Positions 28,180-38,280 of a stretch of DNA of 64,000 nt are shown piece by piece (position 1 is the first letter of the stretch; each line of letters opens with the position of its first letter). The DNA is from Minisyncoccota bacterium (lineage in GTDB: Bacteria > Patescibacteriota > Minisyncoccia > Phycocordibacterales > UBA918): contig JALHRC010000001.1 in assembly GCA_022841645.1 (NCBI GenBank), positions 33,346 through 97,345 of the forward strand, written 5' to 3'. The notes below the pieces were generated by a model. It had not been told where the DNA came from. It searched no databases and worked only from the letters and a program-made list of their open reading frames with translations. A program made the position numbers and the translations under genes.

Positions 28180-28373
28180 AAAAATAGGGAAATAAAAAAC
28201 CCGCGGGCGGACAGACAGTGAACGCAACGCGAACGCCTGGCACTATACTCCTGCCTCCTAGCCTCGGCAAGGGGCCCTGGTGCGTATGTGGTGTTTGTTA
28301 CTAGGGGACGCCCAGTGGTTTTTGTCAATTGTCGGCGTGACGACGTATACTGAGGTGCTACAGTACTCGGGTT

Positions 28374-31300
28374 ATGCAATTACCACTCGCAACTGACCGT
28401 GATGCCGCCTTCCTTACTGCCTACAGCGCACTGAACGCAAAACAGCGCCAGGCGGTGGATGCTATCGAAGGGCCAGTTATGGTCATAGCCGGACCAGGTA
28501 CCGGGAAGACGCAGATTCTCACGTTGCGGATCGCCAACATCCTACGGCAGACCGACACCACGCCGGAAAGTATTTTGGCGCTCACGTTTACGAACGCTGG
28601 CGCACGCGCGATGCGCACGCGTCTTGCTCGTTTCATTGGCCCGCTGTCGTACCGTGTCCCTATTTTTACTTTCCATAGTTTTGCCGAGCACCTCATCAAG
28701 CGTTTTCCGGAAGCCTATCCCACCATCATCGGCGGCGTGGCGGCCACTGACTTGGAAATTGTCGAACTCATCGAAGAGATACTTGTCGATCCGCAGTTTA
28801 CCGTGCTGCGTCCCTCGGGTCGGCCTGATTATTACGTGTCAGATATTCGCTCGGCGATCTCTGATCTTAAGAAAGAATCCTACACCTCTCGCGACTTTTC
28901 ACGTTTCCTTGCAAAGCAAGAGGAGCAGCTTAATGAAATTCCCCGTTATCACGAGAAGGGTGCTCATAAAGGGAAAGAGCGCGGAGAGTACCGCGATGCT
29001 CTCAAATACTTTGAACGTGGGCGGGAACTGCTTGCTGTCTACCAGCGCTACGAGGCCCTTATGCACGAGCGTGGGCGCTATGACTACGACGACATGGTGC
29101 TTACGACCGTAGCGGCGCTTCACGGTAATGAGGACATGCGACTTTCGGTACAAGAAACGTACCAGTATGTTCTTGCAGATGAGCATCAGGATGTGAGCGG
29201 GAGTCAAAATCGCATCCTCGAACTCATTACCTCCTTTCATGAACGCCCCAACTTGTTTGTGGTGGGGGACGAAAAGCAGGCAATTTATCGTTTTCAAGGG
29301 GCGTCGCTTGAAAACTTTCTTCACTTTGAGCGGGCCTACCCGGCGGCCACGCTGATAGCACTGACGCAAAACTATCGCTCAAGCCAAGTCATTCTCGACA
29401 TTGCTGGAGAGCGTATCGCGACCGACGATGTGGCGCTCAGCAAACTGCGGGTCCCCTTAGTTTCAATGACAAACGAGGCAGCCGATCTTTCACACCGTCA
29501 CTTTGCTCACCAGGCGTTTGAAGAGGCAGCGCTGGTCACTACCGTACGCAAACTAGTAGCGGAAGGAATTTCACCGGGCGAGATTGCGGTGATGGTCCGG
29601 ACTAACCGTCAGGTTGAAAGTTGGAGCAGGGTCCTCCGCAGTGCTGGAGTGACCGTACAGGCTTCAGCCGACAGCGACATTTTAAACGAACCCCTCGCGC
29701 GGATGCTCCTTGCGCTTATACGAGCGGTGGTTTCTCCCCTTGATGAAGGAGCCCTCGCGGCGCTCCTTCATGAGCCGCTGTTTTCTCTTACGGCGCCTGA
29801 TGTGTGGCGGGTGCTCGCGGCCAGGCGCTATGACACACCCCTTACCGTACTCCTACAAGAGCCCGAGCGGATACCAAGCTTGCCCCCGGAGACCATCGCT
29901 CGTCTTAAAGAGCTTGCTCTCGTATTGGAGACTGCACGTCACCGACTTACCTTTGAGGCGCCCCAGCGGGTAGTAGCGTTCCTCGTTGAAGAAAGTGGCC
30001 TCCTCAAAGCTGCATTAGCACATGACCCGCTGGTGAGTAGTCGCATCATCCGCCGACTCTACGATGAATTTGAGGCGCAGGCACTTCGCTCGCCGCAGCG
30101 GTCACTGCGCGACCACCTCGTGGCCTTTGAGCGCAGGGCCGCACATCGTCTACCACTCTCAGCCCCCATCGTGCCCAGTGGCGAAGCGGCTGTCCTCGTG
30201 ACCACCGTTCATAAGGCGAAGGGTCTCGAGTACGAGGTGGTCCTCATGCCCGAGCTCACCGACGCTACGTGGAGTGGCTCTGTCCGCTCGAGCTCGTTTC
30301 GTTTGCCGGGCGGAGCTGGTGTCGCCGAAGATGCTGCTGCTTATGATGACGAAGTTCGATTATTCTACGTAGCGCTCACGCGGGCTAAGCGACGGCTCTA
30401 TATTTCATCGTCTGCAGTAGGGAGCGATGGTCGCGAACGCTCGCCAGCACGCGTGCTCTCTGAACTTACGCACCCAGCGCTTACTACTGTAATGGTCTCA
30501 CCTACGGACGCACCCCACGAGGCCCCGGTGGCCGCTCTCGCCATGAGTGCGGTCTCTCCGGTATCGGTGGGGTGGCTCACTGCCACACTGCGCGAGCACG
30601 GCCTGTCGGCAACAGCACTCAATAATTATCTGGCTAGTCCCTGGAATTACCTCTACCGCAGCGTGCTGCGCATCCCAGAACCAAAGTCACTCGACTTACA
30701 ATTTGGCACCACTATGCACGCCGTCATTGACGCAGCGGTGTCGACGCTTAAAGGTGGCACTGACACTCTGTCGCTTTCATCGGCAAAAACCATTTTGGAA
30801 CGCGAGCTTGGTCGCTTACCGATTTCGCGTGATGAGTTTGTGCGTCTCCACGGCCGGGCGCTTACTGCTCTTGCGGGGTATCTGCCACACCTCGAACACG
30901 GAGTGGTCGGTGTCGAGCATCGTACCGAAGCCAGCTTCACGGCTCTTCTCCCTACGGGCGTTGCGGCACTGCCCGAGCTCACGCTTACTGGCAAGCTCGA
31001 CCGACTGGATTTTGACGCGAGTGGGACGCTCATTCGCGTCACTGATTACAAAACGGGCAAGGTAAAGACGCGGGGACAAATCGAAGGTACGACCAAAGAC
31101 GGTGACGGCAACTACAAGCGTCAACTCACGTTTTACGCGCTGCTGCTCTCGCTCCAGGCTGACGAACGCTACCATTGTTCCTCGATGGTCATCTCCTTTG
31201 TTGAGCCCACGCCCCGCGGAGACATCAAGGAAGAACTATTTCTCATTACCGACGATGAGATTGCGGCCCTGCGGAAAGAGATACTGCGCGTCGTGGACGA

Positions 31301-31391
31301 AATCGTCAGTGGGCGAAGCTTGCAGGCACCATGCGACCCTGAAAAGAGTAACTACTGTGATTTGGTAACGCAGCTCACGTTGCGTCCCTAA
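28374..31391 (+). CDS. UvrD/PcrA-like helicase fused to a C-terminal PD-(D/E)XK nuclease (AdnAB/AddA-like)
   Basis: AGPGTGKT, DEHQD, VGDEKQAIYRFQGA, TVHKAKGLE, FYVALTRAK; GKLDRLD...DYKTG. Confidence 0.9.
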   Translation: MQLPLATDRDAAFLTAYSALNAKQRQAVDAIEGPVMVIAGPGTGKTQILTLRIANILRQTDTTPESILALTFTNAGARAMRTRLARFIGPLSYRVPIFTFHSFAEHLIKRFPEAYPTIIGGVAATDLEIVELIEEILVDPQFTVLRPSGRPDYYVSDIRSAISDLKKESYTSRDFSRFLAKQEEQLNEIPRYHEKGAHKGKERGEYRDALKYFERGRELLAVYQRYEALMHERGRYDYDDMVLTTVAALHGNEDMRLSVQETYQYVLADEHQDVSGSQNRILELITSFHERPNLFVVGDEKQAIYRFQGASLENFLHFERAYPAATLIALTQNYRSSQVILDIAGERIATDDVALSKLRVPLVSMTNEAADLSHRHFAHQAFEEAALVTTVRKLVAEGISPGEIAVMVRTNRQVESWSRVLRSAGVTVQASADSDILNEPLARMLLALIRAVVSPLDEGALAALLHEPLFSLTAPDVWRVLAARRYDTPLTVLLQEPERIPSLPPETIARLKELALVLETARHRLTFEAPQRVVAFLVEESGLLKAALAHDPLVSSRIIRRLYDEFEAQALRSPQRSLRDHLVAFERRAAHRLPLSAPIVPSGEAAVLVTTVHKAKGLEYEVVLMPELTDATWSGSVRSSSFRLPGGAGVAEDAAAYDDEVRLFYVALTRAKRRLYISSSAVGSDGRERSPARVLSELTHPALTTVMVSPTDAPHEAPVAALAMSAVSPVSVGWLTATLREHGLSATALNNYLASPWNYLYRSVLRIPEPKSLDLQFGTTMHAVIDAAVSTLKGGTDTLSLSSAKTILERELGRLPISRDEFVRLHGRALTALAGYLPHLEHGVVGVEHRTEASFTALLPTGVAALPELTLTGKLDRLDFDASGTLIRVTDYKTGKVKTRGQIEGTTKDGDGNYKRQLTFYALLLSLQADERYHCSSMVISFVEPTPRGDIKEELFLITDDEIAALRKEILRVVDEIVSGRSLQAPCDPEKSNYCDLVTQLTLRP

Positions 31392-31393
31392 GG

Positions 31394-32146
31394 TTATTCG
31401 TCTGTCGCTGGTTGGGGCAGTGGGGTAGGGGGCGGTGTGCCCTCGAGTTGCGAGATGAGGTTGTCGACGATTTCTTTGATAGTGGCGTATGATTGCGCGC
31501 CCTCAATCACTGCTTGCTGGTTTCCGACGAGCAAGACCGAATGAGGAGTGCCGGTGACACCGGCCGCAAAGCCTGCTTCCACGCCCTCTGCCACCCGCTC
31601 ACGCCAGCGACCGCCGTCGTAGCACGCTCTAAAGGCAGTAGTGTCGGCACCGGCACGCTCGGCGTACTCGTAAAGTCGCGTCATGTTGGTTGGCTCTTCC
31701 GGTAACCGCTCACCGAAGACGAGGTCGGAAAAGGTCCAAAAGGCTTCGTTACCAGCTACTTCACCGACACAGAGCGCCGCCTCAGAGATTTTTTGCGCAT
31801 TAGGGTGGAGTTCAACTATCGGCATTTGGCGGTATACCCACGCCACCTTACCCAAAAGGGCATACTCGGTCATCAGTTGCTGCATTGTCTCATGGAAAAT
31901 TTTGCAATACGGACAATCGTAATCGGAGTACTCTACGATCATGATGGGGGCATTGGGGTTGCCACGGATGTAGTCACTGTCGCCGACTGGAGGGATACCA
32001 CTCTCAAGAGCAGCGGTAGCGGCTGCGGGGGTGGTCGCTACCGAGCGGGCGCCGATGCCGCTAAAGTAGATAGCAATCGCAATAAACGCAAAACCTGCGA
32101 GAATAGCGAGGGGGACAGTGGCTGAAGTTGAGGTCGATCGATCCAT
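31394..32146 (-). CDS. DsbA-family thiol-disulfide oxidoreductase, membrane-anchored
   Basis: N-terminal TM; EYSDYDCPYC; GVTGTP. Confidence 0.9.
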   Translation of the reverse strand: MDRSTSTSATVPLAILAGFAFIAIAIYFSGIGARSVATTPAAATAALESGIPPVGDSDYIRGNPNAPIMIVEYSDYDCPYCKIFHETMQQLMTEYALLGKVAWVYRQMPIVELHPNAQKISEAALCVGEVAGNEAFWTFSDLVFGERLPEEPTNMTRLYEYAERAGADTTAFRACYDGGRWRERVAEGVEAGFAAGVTGTPHSVLLVGNQQAVIEGAQSYATIKEIVDNLISQLEGTPPPTPLPQPATDE

Positions 32147-32351
32147 AATTATGAACGAGAGAAATTTACTCAATAACACGCCAAACAACCTTAGTGTGGC
32201 AGATTAGTGGAGTATACCATGGGACGTTTCTCTGGCGGAGAGACAAGGCCGTCGCCCATCCTCACAAGTGGCCCGGCATCCAACTTTATGCCCGTAATGC
32301 GCAGTACTTTTGCCATTACGTGGCAGTCTGACAGTGCTATACTTGCGTCGT

Positions 32352-33161
32352 ATGGAATGGTGGCAGGCACTCGTATTGGGAGTAGTCCAGGGTATTACAG
32401 AATTTCTTCCGATTTCCTCGAGCGGGCATTTGGTGTTGGTGCAAGATTTTCTCGACATCACGGGCGAGTATTTGTTGGCGTTCAATATATTCGTTCACCT
32501 GGGCACCTTGGCAGCCGTGGTACTTTATTTTTGGAGTGACCTCTTAACGCTTTCGCAGACCCTCTTCCGCAAGCTGGGACGTCTGCCGGTAAATGATAAG
32601 GACTGGGTACTATTGGTTTCACTTGCTATCGGCACGGTACCAGCGGTCATTATTGGTTTTTTTCTCGGTCCGATTGTCGAGTCATTTTTGATGGTCCCGG
32701 TCGTGGTGGCGCTGGCACTCATCGCTGGCGCCGGTCTCTTTATGTACGCGGAGTGGCGGCAGTTTAAGTACCCCGCACCACAAGTGCTGTCTACTCGTTC
32801 AGGTTTTCTTATCGGCTGCTTTCAGGTACTTGCCCTTATACCTGGGATGTCGCGTTCCGGGGCGACCCTGGCTGGCGGGATGCTACTCGGCCTCACTCGC
32901 TATGAAGCGGCGCGCTTCTCGTTTTTGCTTGCTATACCTATCATCGCTGGTGCTGGCCTCAGTATTACTATCGAGTATATCAGTGACCCTACCGCCATCC
33001 CGTGGATGGCGGTCACCATCGGTACCACCACCGCTTTTTTTCTGGCCCTCGGGGTCATTCATTTGTTTCTGTCATTCATCCGTCGCTACACCCTCTGGCC
33101 ATTTATTTGGTATCGGGTAGCGCTGGCTGTCCTTATTTTGTACAAGGAACTCTTTGTTTAA
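32352..33161 (+). CDS. uppP: Undecaprenyl-diphosphate phosphatase
   Basis: GVVQGITEFLPISSSGH, PGMSRSGAT, ARFSFLLAIP. Confidence 0.95.
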   Translation: MEWWQALVLGVVQGITEFLPISSSGHLVLVQDFLDITGEYLLAFNIFVHLGTLAAVVLYFWSDLLTLSQTLFRKLGRLPVNDKDWVLLVSLAIGTVPAVIIGFFLGPIVESFLMVPVVVALALIAGAGLFMYAEWRQFKYPAPQVLSTRSGFLIGCFQVLALIPGMSRSGATLAGGMLLGLTRYEAARFSFLLAIPIIAGAGLSITIEYISDPTAIPWMAVTIGTTTAFFLALGVIHLFLSFIRRYTLWPFIWYRVALAVLILYKELFV

Positions 33162-33733
33162 AAAAGGAGTGAATGGGTCATCGCGCTTTCCTCACGAATA
33201 CCCCAGGTCGAAGTGTCGAGGGGAATCTCACGCTTGCGACCACCGTCCTTGAATTTTACATGACCATTCGTGAGAGCGTAATCAAACACTTTTTTGGTCA
33301 CGCGTACGTCCTGCTCGCAGTATTTTTTAATTTCATCAATTTTCCCTTCGCGCCACCAGCGAACGGCTTCAAGCCCGGAGGCTGATTTCTTTGCTCCGAC
33401 AGTTGCCTCAGCAACGCTATCAAGTCGCAGGCGACGGCCAAGTGATTTCTTAATTTCTTCAAGGAGATCAATCGACTTAATGCGTGTGAGGTCGCCAGGG
33501 TAGTACTTATTGAGAATTGGAATATCAAAGTGGTTACTGTTGTAGCCCACAAGCGCATCAGCATGCTCAAGAATTGGCCAGACGGTGCTCAGTTCTTCGA
33601 GGGCGACAGTCGTATATCGGTCGGTACCGACGTCATAGAGGGAGATAACAGAAATATCGAGAGCAGCTGGGTCACTGCTGCCCACGTCCTGAAAGGTATT
33701 TTGTGTTTCTAAATCAAAAATGACGTAGCGCAT
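33158..33733 (-). CDS. RNase H-like (DEDD) 3'-5' exonuclease domain protein
   Basis: FDLET, VGYNSNHFDIP, YCEQDV. Confidence 0.8.
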   Translation of the reverse strand: MRYVIFDLETQNTFQDVGSSDPAALDISVISLYDVGTDRYTTVALEELSTVWPILEHADALVGYNSNHFDIPILNKYYPGDLTRIKSIDLLEEIKKSLGRRLRLDSVAEATVGAKKSASGLEAVRWWREGKIDEIKKYCEQDVRVTKKVFDYALTNGHVKFKDGGRKREIPLDTSTWGIREESAMTHSLLF

Positions 33734-33869
33734 ATTCTGTAATCGCTATTATGCCCCATCTACTTTGCCCCTCCCTTTATCCACACACTCATCGTACATT
33801 GAGTTCGTCTCATATGCTCTTTTGGTTGCGCTGTGTGCTGGGACATTCTAGCGACTACAGTTTGAAGTA

Positions 33870-35123
33870 TCATCGACTGTTAATGCTACTTTCAATAATC
33901 GCGAGGGAGCCGGTAGTCTCTTCGCCACTGCGCAGGTCTTTAATGGTATAAGTTTGGCTTCCTATCTCCTTTTCACCCACGACGATGATGAAGCGCACAC
34001 CGCGGTCGCTGGCGTCGCCGATCTTTTTCCCGAGTTTCTTGGTACTGATATCGGTGGCGATGCGTGCGGACGTGGCGCGGCGTAGCAGCGAAGCCAGTAC
34101 CTCTCCAGCAATATTGAACTCCGTTTCCATCGGGATAATCATCACCTGAGGGCCGGTCACTGCCAGATTTTCTGGAAGGAGTTTATGGGTGGTAAGAAAG
34201 TCACGCATGGTAACGTCGCCCATACCAAAACCAATGCCGGAGAGAGGGTCTCCGCCAAACATGGAGGTCAGGTTGTCGTAGCGGCCACCGCCAAGCATCG
34301 AGCGGTTATTCTCGCCCGAGACGTCAAAGATTTCGAAAATGGTACCGGTGTAATAACTAAACCCACGCACGATAGAAGGGTCGTACTCGACATTGTTAAT
34401 ACCAAGTGGGATGAGGCCACCAATAACGTGATGCACCGCTTCGGGCATGGTCTCTGGGAGGGCCAAGGGACGACCCGCCGCCGCCTCCATCAGCTCAGCA
34501 AACTCATCTGCCGACACCTTTGCTTTTCGATCAATGACGTTGCTGACCGCCCGTACTTGTTCTGGGCTTTCGATACCAGCCTCTGCGAGGTAGGCGCCCA
34601 AGGCAGCGCGATTGTTGACACGGATACGAAACATCTCTGACGTCGCGCCAAAATCAAGAAGGAGCTGGTGGGCGAGGGCAATAATCTCAACATCAGCAGC
34701 AAAGTCATCGGCACCAAAAATATCGCAGTTTAGTTGCCAGTGCTCACGCAGACGGCCGCGCTGTGGGCGCTCGTACCGGAAAAGGTTGGGGATGGAATAC
34801 CAGCGGACCGGAAGGGAAAGTTCACGGCGCTTTCCGGCTACCATACGCGCGACGGTCGGGGTCATCTCAGGACGCAGTGTTACCTCACGCTCACCCCGAT
34901 CGATAAAGGTGTACGTTTGTTCGTTCACCATTTCCTCGTTCTCAGCTCCCTTGGCCTTATAGAGGTCTGACGGCTCAAGAATTGATGCATCATAGCGCTC
35001 AAAGCCAAAGCTTTCGGCAGTCTTGGACCAGGTGTCAAAAATATACCGCTGGACGGCCATGTCCTCGGGGTAGAAGTCGCGCACGCCTTTGTAGGACTCG
35101 GTAGAGAGGGCTTTGTCAGACAT
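33870..35123 (-). CDS. hisS: Histidine--tRNA ligase
   Basis: KGVRDFYP, LRPEMTPTVAR, FRYERPQRGRLRE, RGFSYYTG, GGGRYDNL. Confidence 0.96.
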   Translation of the reverse strand: MSDKALSTESYKGVRDFYPEDMAVQRYIFDTWSKTAESFGFERYDASILEPSDLYKAKGAENEEMVNEQTYTFIDRGEREVTLRPEMTPTVARMVAGKRRELSLPVRWYSIPNLFRYERPQRGRLREHWQLNCDIFGADDFAADVEIIALAHQLLLDFGATSEMFRIRVNNRAALGAYLAEAGIESPEQVRAVSNVIDRKAKVSADEFAELMEAAAGRPLALPETMPEAVHHVIGGLIPLGINNVEYDPSIVRGFSYYTGTIFEIFDVSGENNRSMLGGGRYDNLTSMFGGDPLSGIGFGMGDVTMRDFLTTHKLLPENLAVTGPQVMIIPMETEFNIAGEVLASLLRRATSARIATDISTKKLGKKIGDASDRGVRFIIVVGEKEIGSQTYTIKDLRSGEETTGSLAIIESSINSR

Positions 35124-35191
35124 AAATATGGTGAGATTGTACGGCAGGGAGGCTAGAGATACAAGGAAAACCGTAGGGTAGAAAAGGGTGG

Positions 35192-35280
35192 GCCGGCGGC
35201 ACTGTAGGCACCGCTTGTCCCGGTCCTCGCTCAGGTCATTATCGCTGCGGGGGACGCGCTCCACCTACAGTGCCGCCGGC
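35192..35280. repeat. Short palindromic element with 17-bp terminal inverted repeats and a CCTCGCTC...CTGCGGG core
   Basis: GCCGGCGGCACTGTAGG ... CCTACAGTGCCGCCGGC. Confidence 0.7.
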
Positions 35281-35287
35281 TACCACA

Positions 35288-35845
35288 CTACATAATCACC
35301 ATTCCTCCTAAGATCTGCAGACGGGCGTCCATAGCGCCCTGGATGGTCGCTTGGACACCGCGGGGGTCAGGCATACCGGTGGCGGCAAAATTGCTCTCGT
35401 TCGCGCCCGCTGTCTGCGCGCGGATGGTTCCGAAGTTAAGGAGGGTGGCGACAATGCCTTTGATAGTCACCTTAATATCTTGCAGGCGTTCGAGACGGAA
35501 ACTTGAAACCTTGCGATTAAAAAAGCCCCGCTGGTCTATGACGATGACACGTCGGTCGGTGATGACCCATAAATCTAGGTAGTAGTTGGTCCACACCATG
35601 AAGGCCATCAGGGTGGTCATAAGGAGCCAACTCGCGGTAACAAGTGTGATGAGGGGGGTTTGTCCAGAAAGTAGTTCGGCTATCTTAAATTCTGCCGGTA
35701 AAAGCGAAGTGAGTGAGAGGAGGAGTGGAGGCAGCAGGGCGATTATTCCGACACTCACCAGTTCAACGGTAATGATAAACCAGTGCTTGCGGACAGTGCC
35801 CAGCACCACCTCACCTTCTTCAAATTCAATTTTTTCGTACAACAT
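35288..35845 (-). CDS. Membrane protein with bacterial PH domain
   Basis: RKHW, two TMs, WVITDRRVI..QRGFF, IQD-like LQDI, LLNFGTI..QTAG. Confidence 0.75.
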   Translation of the reverse strand: MLYEKIEFEEGEVVLGTVRKHWFIITVELVSVGIIALLPPLLLSLTSLLPAEFKIAELLSGQTPLITLVTASWLLMTTLMAFMVWTNYYLDLWVITDRRVIVIDQRGFFNRKVSSFRLERLQDIKVTIKGIVATLLNFGTIRAQTAGANESNFAATGMPDPRGVQATIQGAMDARLQILGGMVIM

Positions 35846-35848
35846 ACG

Positions 35849-36067
35849 CTATAAAAAGAGGAGGGTGATTCCCATAAGTGCCGCCAGTGGCAGGGTGGTG
35901 GCAAAATACAGCACGAGAGTCAAGTTCATGACGCGCGCGTTGACTGCATATGACACCCAGTGATAGTAAAAAATGACACTAAAAATGACGTAGAGCGCCG
36001 CTATGACGTAGAAAACGACCAAGGCTATACTCCCCAGGTCAAACGACACAAACGTGGGCATGGGCAT
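35849..36067 (-). CDS. Small two-TM membrane protein
   Basis: Hydrophobic 72 aa with YHW.Y motif, tightly packed between prmC and the PH-domain gene. Confidence 0.65.
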   Translation of the reverse strand: MPMPTFVSFDLGSIALVVFYVIAALYVIFSVIFYYHWVSYAVNARVMNLTLVLYFATTLPLAALMGITLLFL

Positions 36068-36073
36068 ACCAAT

Positions 36074-36919
36074 TTATTGTAGCACCAAGATAGAAAAGCG
36101 CAGGACACCAAATTGGTCGCTGTGGGAACTCGCAGTAAAGCCATGGGTGTGGGCGAGGTCCGTAACGATGGGCACGTGTTCGGGTTCGTGTTCGATCCAT
36201 AGCTCTCCGCTCGCCGTAAGGTGCCCCCGGGCTCCCTTAATGATTCGTTCGATGATTTCTATACCACCTTGCCCGCCATAGAGCGCTAGGTGTGGTTCAT
36301 GCCTTTTGACAGACTGTTCAGCTCGGTCGATAGCGGGGTCAATATACGGTGGATTGGCAAGGATGAAATCAAATGTACCTGCTACCTGTTCAAACAAATC
36401 AGAACAAAGGAGAATAGTACGATCGATCGTACTATTCTTGCGGCGGTTCTTTTCAATGGTCGGGAGGTGAGTGGGGTCAATCTCGGCGAAGGTGACGTGC
36501 GCACCTCGTACATGCTTTGCGATCGCTACACCGATACAGCCCGAGCCAGCGCAGAGGTCAAGGATGGAAATGTCACCGGCCGCTTGGCTCTGTACAACAC
36601 TGTCTTCCCCCGAGGACCGACCTCGGGTAAATCCGAGGTCGGTTCTCGGGACAGTGATTTCCATTATGTTTGCCCCTAGGCTCTCCCTGGGGATAGCCTT
36701 GCTAATGCTGGCAACGGCCTTTTCTACCCACCACTCGGTTTCGGGGCGGGGGATGAGTGGACGACTATCGAGCCAGATTTTGCAACCCAAAAACGGTACC
36801 CAACCAATCACATAGCTGAGCGGTTCCCCAGCTTTAAGACGCTCACAATCGGCCGAAAAACCCGCGGTTTTTCGGCCGAGATATTTCTCGTTTAGTAGCC
36901 AGTTGATGTCTTGCTCCAT
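36074..36919 (-). CDS. prmC: Release factor glutamine methyltransferase (HemK), carrying an in-frame palindromic insertion
   Basis: GEPLSYVIG, LIPRPETE, LDLCAGSGCIG, ANPPYI, EPHLALYGG. Confidence 0.93.
   Translation of the reverse strand: MEQDINWLLNEKYLGRKTAGFSADCERLKAGEPLSYVIGWVPFLGCKIWLDSRPLIPRPETEWWVEKAVASISKAIPRESLGANIMEITVPRTDLGFTRGRSSGEDSVVQSQAAGDISILDLCAGSGCIGVAIAKHVRGAHVTFAEIDPTHLPTIEKNRRKNSTIDRTILLCSDLFEQVAGTFDFILANPPYIDPAIDRAEQSVKRHEPHLALYGGQGGIEIIERIIKGARGHLTASGELWIEHEPEHVPIVTDLAHTHGFTASSHSDQFGVLRFSILVLQ
36609..36692. repeat. REP-like inverted doublet plus a third degenerate unit inside prmC
   Basis: CCCGAGGACCGACCTCGGG-TAAA-TCCGAGGTCGGTTCTCGGG (36609-36650), first arm identical to the rnhB copy; CCCCTAGGCTCTCCCTGGGG at 36673-36692. 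Confidence 0.88.
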
Positions 36920-36973
36920 CACAAAATTCGTTGTACTATGCAGTTGGCAAAGTAAAACGTCAAGGAGACAACA

Positions 36974-37462
36974 ATGTCTGTTCCTGTTGAAAAAATTTTG
37001 GCCGCAGCAAAAACGTTGGCTGGTTTTAATATCAGGGGGGTAAGAGGTGATCCTTCTTTTACTTTTACGCTCAACGCTTCTCAAATAGAAGCACTTATGG
37101 TGCTGGTGCAGGCTGCACCCCAGATTGCTGATGTCTTTAAGGGGAGGACTGGTGATCAAAAAACTGAGGCAGGTATTACGCTGCCGTCCGGATATCACCT
37201 CGATACAAATTTGTTTTCCGCCGGGGTATTTGAAGGCCTTGGTGCGCGGGCTCACAACGTGCTGCGTGATGCTGGACTCGAAACTCCTCGCTTGCTTCGC
37301 TATTTTCCCGATCGAAAAGATAATTCCTTCGGAGCAGTCACCCTTTTGGTGCATCTGCCAAACTGTGGACGCGTAACCTTGAGGATTGTTCGGGATGCTT
37401 TGGAGCGAGTTGGGTTTATTCCCGACAAATTTCCCTGTTTACGTATGACACATGGGAGATAG
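36974..37462 (+). CDS. Hypothetical protein with RNA polymerase alpha-CTD-like C-terminal domain
   Basis: AAGGAG upstream; LGARAHNVLRDAGLET...LLVHLPNCGRVTLRIVRDAL resembles the alpha-CTD pattern. Confidence 0.6.
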   Translation: MSVPVEKILAAAKTLAGFNIRGVRGDPSFTFTLNASQIEALMVLVQAAPQIADVFKGRTGDQKTEAGITLPSGYHLDTNLFSAGVFEGLGARAHNVLRDAGLETPRLLRYFPDRKDNSFGAVTLLVHLPNCGRVTLRIVRDALERVGFIPDKFPCLRMTHGR

Positions 37463-37524
37463 ACATAAGCGGCTGATCCTACGGGGTTAGCCGCTTAATC
37501 GTATCGTGTTATAATGCCAAAACT

Positions 37525-38280
37525 ATGGCTACGCCAATGCTCGAAATTAAAAATCTGACCAAGGTGTATGGAAAAGGTAAGAGTGAGAAGGTGGCCGTAA
37601 GTGGTATTTCGCTCACGGTCGAGCGCGGGGCGTTTTTTGGCCTCCTTGGCCCGAACGGAGCAGGGAAGTCGACCACTATTCATTGTATTACTGGCATCGC
37701 TCAGCCCACTTCGGGTCAGATTTTGATTGATGGCACTGACGTGGTCACCGACTATAAAGTAGCGCGTACCAAGGTCGGCCTTTCGCCACAAGAATTCAAT
37801 GTGGATATTTTTGCTACTCCTGAGCAGCTCATGGACTATATGGGTGGTTACTACAGTATTCCAGCGGCAGCGCGGAAGACGCGTGTCGACGAGCTTATCA
37901 AGCGCTTTGATCTAGAAGAGCACCGCAACGTAAAGTTTCAAAAGCTTTCAGGTGGGCTCAAACGCCGAGCGATGCTGGGGAGGGCGCTCGTCCATACGCC
38001 CGACCTGCTTATTCTCGACGAGCCCACCGCCGGGGTGGACGTTGAGCAGCGCCGTGATCTCTGGGCCTACCTTAAAGAAATGAATGAGGCGGGGAAGACC
38101 ATCATTCTTACCTCTCACTACCTCGAAGAAATCCAGTACCTCTGCAACGAAATTGCGATTATTAATCATGGACGGATTGTGGCTGAGGGGACGAAGGAAG
38201 AATTTATGAAGGATGGTAAATCGGTTGAAGAGCGGTATCTCGAAATTACCCGCGCGGATGATAAAAAGAACTCCACATGA
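37525..38280 (+). CDS. ABC-2 exporter ATP-binding protein (YadG-like)
   Basis: GPNGAGKST, LSGGLKRR, ILDEPTAGVD, SHYLEE. Confidence 0.93.
   Translation: MATPMLEIKNLTKVYGKGKSEKVAVSGISLTVERGAFFGLLGPNGAGKSTTIHCITGIAQPTSGQILIDGTDVVTDYKVARTKVGLSPQEFNVDIFATPEQLMDYMGGYYSIPAAARKTRVDELIKRFDLEEHRNVKFQKLSGGLKRRAMLGRALVHTPDLLILDEPTAGVDVEQRRDLWAYLKEMNEAGKTIILTSHYLEEIQYLCNEIAIINHGRIVAEGTKEEFMKDGKSVEERYLEITRADDKKNST

Noticed and set aside
33777-33785. Perfect DnaA box TTATCCACA
   Set aside because: A single box in a short gap with no cluster, unwinding element or dnaA nearby; not enough to call oriC.
36920-37354. Long N-terminal extension of prmC in the ORF track
   Set aside because: It is antisense to the 36974-37462 gene; HemK similarity starts at the ATG at 36919.
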